Shown one piece after another: positions 50,889 through 58,982 of a DNA stretch of 64,000 nt. The stretch covers positions 2,528,001 to 2,592,000 of the forward strand of contig OZ244799.1 in the NCBI GenBank assembly GCA_965219955.1, in the 5' to 3' direction. A program made the translations under genes and the position numbers. This DNA comes from a bacterium (GTDB taxonomy: Bacteria > UBA8248). The notes under the pieces were generated by a model. The model worked only from the letters and a program-made list of their open reading frames with translations, did no database searches and was not told the DNA's origin. Each line of letters opens with the position of its first letter. Position 1 is the first letter of the stretch.

Positions 50889-51543
50889 GTGGTTCCTCCT
50901 GTCGTGTCGAGTGGTCATCTTCGCCCGGCGCATTCGTTTCGGACGCGCCCGAGCCTGGCGTTTCCCTGAGCGCACTCAGGCGCTCGAGCCAGAGCCTCGC
51001 CGCGCGGGCGGGGTCGAGACTCCTGATGCGCCGGTCGAACGGCGGAAAGGCGACGTCAGGCGCCGGGTTTTCGCTCGCGCCGGGGACGTCGCGCACCTCC
51101 GCGGCTTCCGCCATCCGCGCCACGAAGCACACGAGTTCCGCATGGGCAGAAGTCGGTTTCGTGCCGAGTCCGGCCGCCTCGCGCACGGCCCGGTCTATTT
51201 TTTCACCGAGCCGTCTCAGCTTCGGTGTCGACCGCCTCGAGGGGGCGGCGTCGGGGCCGATCCAGGCGACACTCGCCTCGTACAGCAGGGCATGGAGCGC
51301 CGCCTCCCTCACGTCGCCGCCTGCAGTGGCGGTCAGGTCCTCAATCGCCTCGCTCATCGTCACCCCATGGGCGGCCAGGGAGTGGAAGCGCCTGAGTCGC
51401 CCGTCCCGGCGGCAGGTGTTGGCCAGAACGAAGGCCAGGGCTTCAAAGTCTACCGATTCGGCCGTCAGCGATTCGGGGTCGCCCGGCCAGTCGAGGGGTT
51501 TTTCCTCCGCGCCGTTTGCGGACGCTCTTCTTCTCGCGTTCAT
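50815..51543 (-). CDS. HD-fold (YfbR/phage 5'-deoxynucleotidase-like) protein with degenerate HD motif
   Basis: LANTCR.DG....HSLAAH...ALHALLYEASVAWIG resembles the family pattern LxxxCRFxG...YSVAQH...ALLHDAxEAYxGD. Confidence 0.65.
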   Translation of the reverse strand: MNARRRASANGAEEKPLDWPGDPESLTAESVDFEALAFVLANTCRRDGRLRRFHSLAAHGVTMSEAIEDLTATAGGDVREAALHALLYEASVAWIGPDAAPSRRSTPKLRRLGEKIDRAVREAAGLGTKPTSAHAELVCFVARMAEAAEVRDVPGASENPAPDVAFPPFDRRIRSLDPARAARLWLERLSALRETPGSGASETNAPGEDDHSTRQEEPHATKAQAATEETGTPQAGGSRDAA

Positions 51544-51600
51544 GTGATCTCTCTCCATTCGGGTTGTCGTTCGTTTTCAGGTGTCAGGGATGACGAAACG

Positions 51601-54105
51601 TCACGGCGCGTCCTCTTCCTCGGCGACCCGCTCGACGGCTTCCTCGGTGGTGAGACCCTCGTTTTTCAGTTTCTCGATGGCGGCGAAGGCGGGCCCGCGT
51701 GAGGAGTAGAGCGCCTGCGACCAGCGGTCGAGCGCGAGGCGCGCCACCCGCCAGCCGTCGGGGCCGTGGAGCACGATCTCCGCGTGGCGCCCGTCCACGG
51801 TGGCGAGGCTCTTGAGCGCGCGCTCCATCCCGGGGTCGCAGTGGATGCGCTTCTCCTGCTTGAGGAGTTCGACGGACTCGTCCTTCTGCGCGAGAAATAT
51901 CACCCAGTCGGAGTTGTCCCAGGCCGCCCGGGCTGCTGCGTTCGCGTAGTAGTCGTTCACGCTCTGGGTACCCGTGACGAGCGCGCCCCGGTATTTTCTC
52001 GCGCGCCTTGCGGCGCCTTCCAGGAACGCCTTGCTGTCTTCGCCCGAGAGCAGGTCCCATGCCTCATCAATAACGATCGCCTTGGGCCGCGTCCTCGGGC
52101 CGTGGTACATGCGCTGGGTGGCCAGGAAGACGACGAGCATGAGCACGACGCCCTGGAGGTCGCCGCGGCCCTTGAGCTCGGCGAGTTCGAACACGGTGAG
52201 CGCGGCGTCGAGCGCGGGCGTCCCGCCCCCCTCGAACAACCGCCCCATCGCGCCGCCAGGACACCAGGGTCCCAGCGCCATGCCCAGGTCCGACGCGCGC
52301 CTGTCGCCCGCCGCTTCGAGACCTTTCTGCACAAGGCTCAAATCCGCGTCGTTGCCCGCTTCCTCCCAGGCGCGCGCGATGGCCTCATCGATCAGCGCCG
52401 CCTCGATGTCGTCGATCTGCCCGCGCCTCCGACACATGCGTCCGACCACCGAGGCCAGCATGGCGAAGCATTCTTCCCTGTAGTCGCCGTCCCTCGCCGC
52501 GGTCTCGGCGTCGATCATGGCGAAGGGGTTCAGCCGCGCGGGGTCCTTGCCGAAGGCGATGAAGGCGCCGCCCAGGGCTTCGGCCGTGTGCTGGAAGGAG
52601 CGCCCGTCGTCGATCACGACCGCCTCGCCGCCCGCGCCCGCGATGCCCGCGATCAGTTCCTGCATCAGCACCGACTTCCCGGAGCCGGACTTTCCCGTCA
52701 CGGCCACGTTGTAGTTCCCCGCCTCGTTCGCGAAGGGGGACCAGGGGGCGGGCTGCCCGCGCCTTCCCAGCAACAACAATGCGGGCGGCGCATCCGGCCG
52801 CGCCCGCTGGCCGCGCCACTCACCGTGCACGGGCGCGAGGTTGACGGCCGATGAAGTCAAGAGCGTCTTCATCCGCCCCATCCGGGCGAGGTCGGCGTCG
52901 AGTCCGCCAGCGGGGACCATTGGCAGGCAGGAGAGCCAGCACGGCAGGTGCGCGTAGCGCTCCGCCCCCAGCCGCCAGCCCTGTCCGTGGTAGATGGCGC
53001 GCACCGCCTGTTCGGCCTCGTCTATCGCATCCAAAGGCGCGTAGACCGCCGTCATGTAGGAGGCCCGCACCAGGCGCTCGCCCTCTTTGAGCCGCTCGGT
53101 CACGAAGCGCCAGTCCCGGGCCTTCTCGGGAAGGCCGGGCAGGTAGCGCGCGATGCCCGTCCCCGCCTGCTGCGTCGCGCGAGCTGATTTGAGGAACGCG
53201 CGCTCCCCGTCGGCCGCCTCGCCCATCATCACGGTGAGCGCGGTCAGGACCGGCGCGCCGGGTTGCAGGAAGTCGCGGTAGAAGTCTCCTATCAGGGCAT
53301 TGCCCCGCCAGCCGGGCCAGACTTCGGGGTATGCGCGCGCGGAGAGTACCCGCACGGCCACGTCCGTCCCGTCCGGGTGGTGGAATACGAGGCCTCCGGG
53401 CGCCACGCTCATCGCCCGTCCGGGCGCCGCGCACTGCAGGTGGATTGGATCCCTGGGCGACCAGCGCCTCCCGGGCCGCTCGAGCCCGCCGTCGTGGACG
53501 CCTTCGGTATCCGGCGAGGTGAGTTCCGCCGCGAGCGAGAGCAGCGCGTCCGGCTCCATCCGCCGCGCCCAGGCGCCGATCGAGGCGAGCGCGCCCTCGA
53601 TCGCCCGGCGGAAGCCGCCCAGCGCGGTCTCTGAAACCGGTCCCGGCCGCCCCGGCAGACTCGCCGTGAGGAAAACGCGGCAGTCGTTCATCGTAAAGGG
53701 CGGTCCCCCCGCGTGGAGCGGACGCCAGCCCGCGCCGGTGAACAGCGCCGCGCGGCGTTTCGCCATCACCGCCTGCAGGCCGCCCGCAGCCTCCCTCGGT
53801 CCGGCCCACTCCGCGATCGCCGCGCCGTAGCGCGGGCTCGTCCAGTGGATCACCTGCACCACCGAGCGATCGGGCGCGGAGTCGGCCAGGGTTCCCGCCA
53901 GGGCGTCCAGGGTGCCCTCGTCCACGCCCGCGAAGGGCGGGAGTTCCAGGACGAAGCCCAGGCTCCCCGCGTTCACGTAGAATTCGCCCGCCTCGTCCCA
54001 GGCCCGCCAGGGGAGCAGGTCCACGAGCGGGGCGGGCGTGGCCGGAAGCGTCCAGGGCTGGAGCGCGTCGCCATCGCCGAAGATGTCCTTCAGGCGCTCG
54101 ATCAC
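51601..54105 (-). CDS. traC: VirB4-family ATPase TraC (F-type)
   Basis: NYNVAVTGKSGSGKS, VIDDGRSF, IVIDEAW, RRARKY. GTG start overlaps the traV stop. Confidence 0.96.
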   Translation of the reverse strand: MIERLKDIFGDGDALQPWTLPATPAPLVDLLPWRAWDEAGEFYVNAGSLGFVLELPPFAGVDEGTLDALAGTLADSAPDRSVVQVIHWTSPRYGAAIAEWAGPREAAGGLQAVMAKRRAALFTGAGWRPLHAGGPPFTMNDCRVFLTASLPGRPGPVSETALGGFRRAIEGALASIGAWARRMEPDALLSLAAELTSPDTEGVHDGGLERPGRRWSPRDPIHLQCAAPGRAMSVAPGGLVFHHPDGTDVAVRVLSARAYPEVWPGWRGNALIGDFYRDFLQPGAPVLTALTVMMGEAADGERAFLKSARATQQAGTGIARYLPGLPEKARDWRFVTERLKEGERLVRASYMTAVYAPLDAIDEAEQAVRAIYHGQGWRLGAERYAHLPCWLSCLPMVPAGGLDADLARMGRMKTLLTSSAVNLAPVHGEWRGQRARPDAPPALLLLGRRGQPAPWSPFANEAGNYNVAVTGKSGSGKSVLMQELIAGIAGAGGEAVVIDDGRSFQHTAEALGGAFIAFGKDPARLNPFAMIDAETAARDGDYREECFAMLASVVGRMCRRRGQIDDIEAALIDEAIARAWEEAGNDADLSLVQKGLEAAGDRRASDLGMALGPWCPGGAMGRLFEGGGTPALDAALTVFELAELKGRGDLQGVVLMLVVFLATQRMYHGPRTRPKAIVIDEAWDLLSGEDSKAFLEGAARRARKYRGALVTGTQSVNDYYANAAARAAWDNSDWVIFLAQKDESVELLKQEKRIHCDPGMERALKSLATVDGRHAEIVLHGPDGWRVARLALDRWSQALYSSRGPAFAAIEKLKNEGLTTEEAVERVAEEEDAP

Positions 54106-54605
54106 GGCAGCCTCCAGCCCGCGGGCCTTATGACTGCGCGTACCCAATAACCCTCGTGATAGTTGTTCTGCGCGTCCACGTAGGGCGCTATCCATATCCG
54201 CGCGATCCGCTCCTTCGTGCGGAGGTTTTCATTCGGCTCTACCGGCGTCTCTTCCGAAGCCTGCGTAACGATCAGCGGCTCGGCCGTGGCCACCTCCTCG
54301 TCGTCTTCCTCATCAAGACGGAAGAGTTCTGCGAACCAGGCGAGGATGCCGCCCAGGAACGCCGTACCGGTGGTTTCAACGGAACGGCCCGGGGAGGGGA
54401 GGGTCGTTTCCCGTGCTTCCGCCGTTGCCGCAACGGCGGGGTCCGCCTCCGAAACGCTCGCGCACGCCGTCCCCTGCGCGATGGGGCATTGCCAGCTCTC
54501 GCCCACGTGGCTCCCTCCCGCGCAGCCCGTGATGAGCAGGACTCCAAGGAGCATGGCGAACGCTCGCAAGGGTATTCCGGTTCTTTGTCGGATATTCGTT
54601 TTCAT
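54102..54605 (-). CDS. traV: Lipoprotein TraV
   Basis: Lipobox LLITGC, WQC....GTACASV, RIWIAPYVD. Confidence 0.9.
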   Translation of the reverse strand: MKTNIRQRTGIPLRAFAMLLGVLLITGCAGGSHVGESWQCPIAQGTACASVSEADPAVAATAEARETTLPSPGRSVETTGTAFLGGILAWFAELFRLDEEDDEEVATAEPLIVTQASEETPVEPNENLRTKERIARIWIAPYVDAQNNYHEGYWVRAVIRPAGWRLP

Positions 54606-55831
54606 CCGTTTCTCCTCCGTTTCCTGTCTGTTTTTTTCTTCTCGTGCTGCCCGTCGATCCGGGTCCCCTCGATGAACACGACCGTGACCCGCGTTCCCGT
54701 CTGCAGCTGAATCACCGGCTGGTACTGCTCGGCCCTCCGGATCAGGTAGTCCGCGACGCGCCTGCCGGCCGACCCGGCGCCCGCCCCCAGCCCCGCGCGT
54801 CCCAGGTCGCCCAGGCTCGCCGCGTTCTCGTCCCCCGACGCCCCGGCAGGCGCCTGGAGCACGTTGGCGGCGGTCTCGCCCGCACCCGATACCAGGCCCG
54901 CGAGGAAGGCCTTCTCCACGAGCGCTCCCTCGCGGCTCACCACCGGACCCCGCACGCCGGCCTTGCCCCCGCCCGCCACGAAGCCCGAGACGTTCGTCTC
55001 GATCACGGTCCCGGGGTCGGGACCAGCGCAAGTCATGGTCTGGAGCCGCACGTAGACCTTCTCGGACGACAGATCCCCGTAGGCGGCGCCCGTCAGCGTG
55101 CAGCCCTCGACGTCTGCTTCCATCGCCTTGCCTTCCGCCGCAGCGCTCCGCGCCATGCCCGTGAGGCGAAGCAATACGGGCCGCGGGTCGCCCTGGGACG
55201 ACACGCCCGCCGAGGCGTCCACGCCCGCCAGCACCACCGCCTCAGCGTAGGCGCCCGCGGGCAGCCAGGAGGAAAGGGGGCGCGGGCCAGAAGCAGGGTT
55301 GTTTGTTCGCTCACCTCCCGTTTCAATATGAAATTCCTGGATCATGGGCGGGTTCGCCGATGAGGCTTTCCCGCCGGGAGGGGTGCGGTTCCCCTTCACG
55401 CGCGCCGCAGGCCGCTTCGCCCGGACGGGGGCGACGGGGCGGGTCTCCAGTTTCCTGCGCAGCTCGTCGATCGCCGCCGCCTGGCGGTCGATCACCATCC
55501 GTCCGTCCGCAGCACCCTTGGCGAGGCGCGCCCTGAGCCGCGCGTTCTCCTCCTCCGAGCGCCGGTTCTTCGTCTCCACCTCCCTGAGCCGCGCCTCCAC
55601 CTGTCCAATCCGGCTCTCCGATCGCCTGACCCAGACGGCTTCCGCGGACCCTGCGCCCGCGAGTTCCGCATGGACCCCGCCGCGTGGCGGCGGCGCCTCG
55701 CCGCCTCCCGCCGAGAACCAGGCCGCGAAGGCGATCAATATCGCCGCGGCGATACCCGAGAACAGCAGCAGCTGCCGCCCCCGGACTTTCCGGCTCTCGG
55801 CGTCCATCGGGGTCTTCTCCTGCCCGCTCAT
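54602..55831 (-). CDS. traB: TraB (VirB10-like)
   Basis: LPAGAY.EAVVLAGVDA, GDLSSEKVYVR, GKAGVRG, AEQYQPVI. Confidence 0.93.
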   Translation of the reverse strand: MSGQEKTPMDAESRKVRGRQLLLFSGIAAAILIAFAAWFSAGGGEAPPPRGGVHAELAGAGSAEAVWVRRSESRIGQVEARLREVETKNRRSEEENARLRARLAKGAADGRMVIDRQAAAIDELRRKLETRPVAPVRAKRPAARVKGNRTPPGGKASSANPPMIQEFHIETGGERTNNPASGPRPLSSWLPAGAYAEAVVLAGVDASAGVSSQGDPRPVLLRLTGMARSAAAEGKAMEADVEGCTLTGAAYGDLSSEKVYVRLQTMTCAGPDPGTVIETNVSGFVAGGGKAGVRGPVVSREGALVEKAFLAGLVSGAGETAANVLQAPAGASGDENAASLGDLGRAGLGAGAGSAGRRVADYLIRRAEQYQPVIQLQTGTRVTVVFIEGTRIDGQHEKKKTDRKRRRNG

Positions 55832-56577
55832 CGCACCACCCCCGCGCGGGCGGTATCGAGCACCGCGACCGCGAGCCGTCCTCCCGAGGGAGCGCTCTCG
55901 GGCTTCCCCGTCCAGAGCGCGGCTGCCCCCGGCGCGAGGCCTTGCATGAGGGCCTGAGGGTCGTCGCCCGGGCCTGAGTCCGCCTCGTAGACGCGCGCGG
56001 TGAACCGGCGCCCGCGCCAGGTTTCCAGGAGAGAGATGCCCTCCGGGCGCGGCGTTCCGGATGCCGTGTGAATCACATAGCCGGGGAGAACTTCACGAAG
56101 CACGACCGCGCGGACCAGCGCCACGATCGCGCTCACTCTGCCCTCGCGGGGTCTGCCGGCCTCCGGTTCGTTCGACGCGGCGGAAGCATTTCGAATCAGA
56201 ATCTGCGCCGAGCCGCGCGCGGCGGTCCTCAGCGTCAGCCGGTAGGTGAAGCCCTTCGCCGTCCCGATGAACAGCGTAAGCGGCGCGCTACTCCCGCTCG
56301 CGCGCTCCAGGGGCCGCAGGTATAGGTCGCCGCGCGCCTTGTCGTGTTCCACCATGAAACCGTCCGGGCCCCGGACCACGCGCGCCACCCGGTCACCGGC
56401 CAGCGTTATCCGGCTCACCGAACGGTCCGATATCTCGGCTGCGAGCTCCGCATGGTCTGCGGCGTCGAGTATCTGCATCGCGGACGCCGGCGCCGCCCAC
56501 AGAAAGATCGCGGCCAGGAGGAGCGCCGCGGCCGGCAGGGAAGGGAAGATATTTCGGGTTCTCATCGTTCGCGTCAT
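55828..56577 (-). CDS. traK: TraK (F-type)
   Basis: Signal peptide, IS....SRI, GDLYL, LFIGT.KG.TY.L; position between traE and traB. Confidence 0.85.
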   Translation of the reverse strand: MTRTMRTRNIFPSLPAAALLLAAIFLWAAPASAMQILDAADHAELAAEISDRSVSRITLAGDRVARVVRGPDGFMVEHDKARGDLYLRPLERASGSSAPLTLFIGTAKGFTYRLTLRTAARGSAQILIRNASAASNEPEAGRPREGRVSAIVALVRAVVLREVLPGYVIHTASGTPRPEGISLLETWRGRRFTARVYEADSGPGDDPQALMQGLAPGAAALWTGKPESAPSGGRLAVAVLDTARAGVVR

Positions 56578-56578
56578 C

Positions 56579-57136
56579 TTATTTCTTCTCCTCCAGTTCC
56601 TCGAATCGAAGCAGGCCGATCCGGCCCGCGTCCACGCGGAAGGACAACCGGTAGCGCTTCCGCTCGCGCGAGACCGGCTCGCGCCCCACCCAGGTCGCGA
56701 GCTCCCCGCCCACGACGACCGTCAGCCTCTTGGGGTCCGCCTCGATCCGCCCGGGATAGAACGCCGTCGAGAGGTCGCGCCGCGCCATGCGCCCGGCCTC
56801 GGCCGCGACCCAGGCGCCGATCGCGCCCCGTGCCGAGGCGTGGGCGAGCCGCGCCGCCGCCTCGCGGGCGTGCTCCGCGTTCTCGGGCGTGAGCGTCAGA
56901 AGTGTCACCGCCACGGTCCGCCCCATGTCCTCCAGGTAGCGGAGCCCCGTCCGACCGCCACCGACCTTCCACGCCGGCCCCGCCACCGCGGGCACCAGCA
57001 CCGTCATGCGCTCCACTGAGGCGAGCCCCACGCTCAGTCCCAGGTTGGCCAGCAGCGAGAGGCCGAGAAGTATCGCCAGCGCCGCTCGTCCGTCCCGAAC
57101 GCGCCTGCGCTCGGCTTCCATCAGTTCGCGTTCCAC
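56579..57136 (-). CDS. traE: TraE
   Basis: N-terminal TM, TVLVP, YLEDM......LLTLTP, GEL.TWVG. Confidence 0.88.
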   Translation of the reverse strand: MERELMEAERRRVRDGRAALAILLGLSLLANLGLSVGLASVERMTVLVPAVAGPAWKVGGGRTGLRYLEDMGRTVAVTLLTLTPENAEHAREAAARLAHASARGAIGAWVAAEAGRMARRDLSTAFYPGRIEADPKRLTVVVGGELATWVGREPVSRERKRYRLSFRVDAGRIGLLRFEELEEKK

Positions 57137-57149
57137 GATGATAACCTCC

Positions 57150-57443
57150 TCATCCGATGAAGCGGCGCAGGTGGCTCGGCGGCGCGCCCCTGAAACCCAG
57201 CGCGAAGCCGGGAAGGAACCAGTAGAGCGCGCAGACGCATAAGTCCGCCCCGCCGCCCCGCTTCGCGCGGCGCAACAGCGCCCAGCCCGCGAGACCGGTC
57301 AGCAACCCGGTCAGGAAGGCGTTCGCCGCCAGCCCCAGCAGCGCCGGTCCCAGGAGCGCCGCCGCCTCGTCCAGGGTCCAGAACAGCCAGCGTTCCGGAT
57401 CGTCGAGGCGAGAGGGGATAGCGTGTCTGGCCTGATCGTTCAT
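57150..57443 (-). CDS. traL: TraL
   Basis: IPSRLDDPERWLFWTLDE, YWFLP, PPSHLR. Confidence 0.92.
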   Translation of the reverse strand: MNDQARHAIPSRLDDPERWLFWTLDEAAALLGPALLGLAANAFLTGLLTGLAGWALLRRAKRGGGADLCVCALYWFLPGFALGFRGAPPSHLRRFIG

Positions 57444-57452
57444 CCGTCCCCC

Positions 57453-57752
57453 TCACACGATCGCCGTGCCGACGAGGCCCGTGACGATGCCGGTGCCCGC
57501 ACCCGCAGCGATACCCACCCCGACCGCGCCCGCGAGCTGGGCCGCGTTGAAACGGAGCACCGAGCCCACCAGGGCGGCGCCCACGGCGAGCGCCGCCGCG
57601 AGCTGGCCGCCCGTGCCCCCCACGATCCCGGTCACCGTGTCTAGCGGACCTGAGAACGTCGTGTCCGTCGTCGCCCAGGCGGCATCCAGGCTGCACAACG
57701 CCCAGGCGAGCGCCGCGAGGGCGGCTTTCCCCCAACAATGCGTTCTCATCAC
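57453..57752 (-). CDS. traA: Conjugative pilin (TraA/VirB2-like)
   Basis: Signal peptide plus two hydrophobic helices, immediately upstream of traL. Confidence 0.78.
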   Translation of the reverse strand: MMRTHCWGKAALAALAWALCSLDAAWATTDTTFSGPLDTVTGIVGGTGGQLAAALAVGAALVGSVLRFNAAQLAGAVGVGIAAGAGTGIVTGLVGTAIV

Positions 57753-58486
57753 GCAATCCTCCTTCCGTCATCCGAGGTGGAGGTCCTGCGCCCCGCTGCG
57801 GCCCAGGCCTCAATGTCGGTGAGCAGGTAGCGCACCCTCGAACCCAGACGGTGGAATACCGGTCCCTCGCCGGTCACCCGGTAACGCTCCAGCGTCCTCG
57901 GCGAGAGACCCAGCCAGGCGGCCGCCTCCCGCGTACTCAGGTAATGCTTATCGTTCTCGTTCATGTACATCTCTCCTTCTGTTTCGGTCCCGGCAATCGG
58001 GACCCTTCTGGTTTGCAAGCAGGACGTCGCCCCGGGTAGTGGTTTCATGTCGGCCGTATCCTCTACCCGGGCGCGGATGGTCCGTCGTTCTTCTTCACTT
58101 ACATGAGAAGCCATCCAGGCGCGCACCCGATCGAGCGTCGCAAGCCGCGGCGAATACCCGCGGCGCAGTTTCCACACGAAGGAAGGGCTGCCCGTGGCCT
58201 CCTCGCCCAGCACCGGCGGCTTCGTCCCGGTCACGGCCAGAAAAGCCTCGACCTCGCTTTTGAAGGCCGGACCCAGCGGCGGCTTCCCCATGAAGGCGAG
58301 CACCCGGTCCGCCGTCTTCATCCCCACGGAGCGTCCCCGGCGCAGCGCGTCCATGAAGTCCGGATCTCCAAGCGCAGCCACCCCGAGATATCTCGCACTC
58401 ACGCCGTGGCGCGCGCACCAAGCGGCAACGAAGCGTCTCAATCGGTCATCAAGAAGGATGTCTTTGTTGTGGTCGGACATAATCAT
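57749..58486 (-). CDS. Regulator: two tandem Cro-like HTH repeats fused to an AlpA/Xis-like (HTH_17) domain
   Basis: Repeats ...GDPDFMDALRRGRS...DRVLAFM / ...GSPSFVWKLRRGYS...DRVRAWM; C-terminal YLSTREAAAWLGLSPRTLERYRVTGEGPVFHRLGSRVRY. Confidence 0.8.
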   Translation of the reverse strand: MIMSDHNKDILLDDRLRRFVAAWCARHGVSARYLGVAALGDPDFMDALRRGRSVGMKTADRVLAFMGKPPLGPAFKSEVEAFLAVTGTKPPVLGEEATGSPSFVWKLRRGYSPRLATLDRVRAWMASHVSEEERRTIRARVEDTADMKPLPGATSCLQTRRVPIAGTETEGEMYMNENDKHYLSTREAAAWLGLSPRTLERYRVTGEGPVFHRLGSRVRYLLTDIEAWAAAGRRTSTSDDGRRIA

Positions 58487-58982
58487 GTGATGGTTTATAT
58501 ATAGTCATATTTACAAATACAATATATATTTATATCTAGTTACCTACGTTTTTCACACATTCCTGCTCGGGCTTGCGAACGGCTACGCAGGGATGCGGCA
58601 AAAAAATTTTTCAAAGCGATTGCATCTACGGGAGCAGGACGAAGTCCTGCGAATTCGCACGAGAGGGAAGCTTCCGGGTCAGTCCGGGGAGCTACGCGTC
58701 CCGAAAATACGAATATAATACGAAAATAAATCGATTGCAACGCGGGCCCGAATCGGGAAACCCGCGGTCGCTCGAAATGCATGGCTACGCCTGTGCGGCG
58801 CCTCCGTTGCGAATCACCCCGCCCCGAACGCATGCAAACCCGTAACGACGGTTCACCGCTTTGCTCTCTTGCGTCTCGCCTCTCTCCACCGGGAGGCGGA
58901 GCCGGGCGGGGCGTGGGCGAAGCCGGGAAGGTTCGAGAGCGTTCCCGGCACGTTCCCATCCCATCCACAGGAGGAAATTCGT
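58487..58982. promoter_or_regulatory. Divergent control region; candidate oriT
   Basis: Very AT-rich stretch 58494-58545 and several hairpins between the tra operon and the leading region. No nic site positively identified. Confidence 0.45.
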
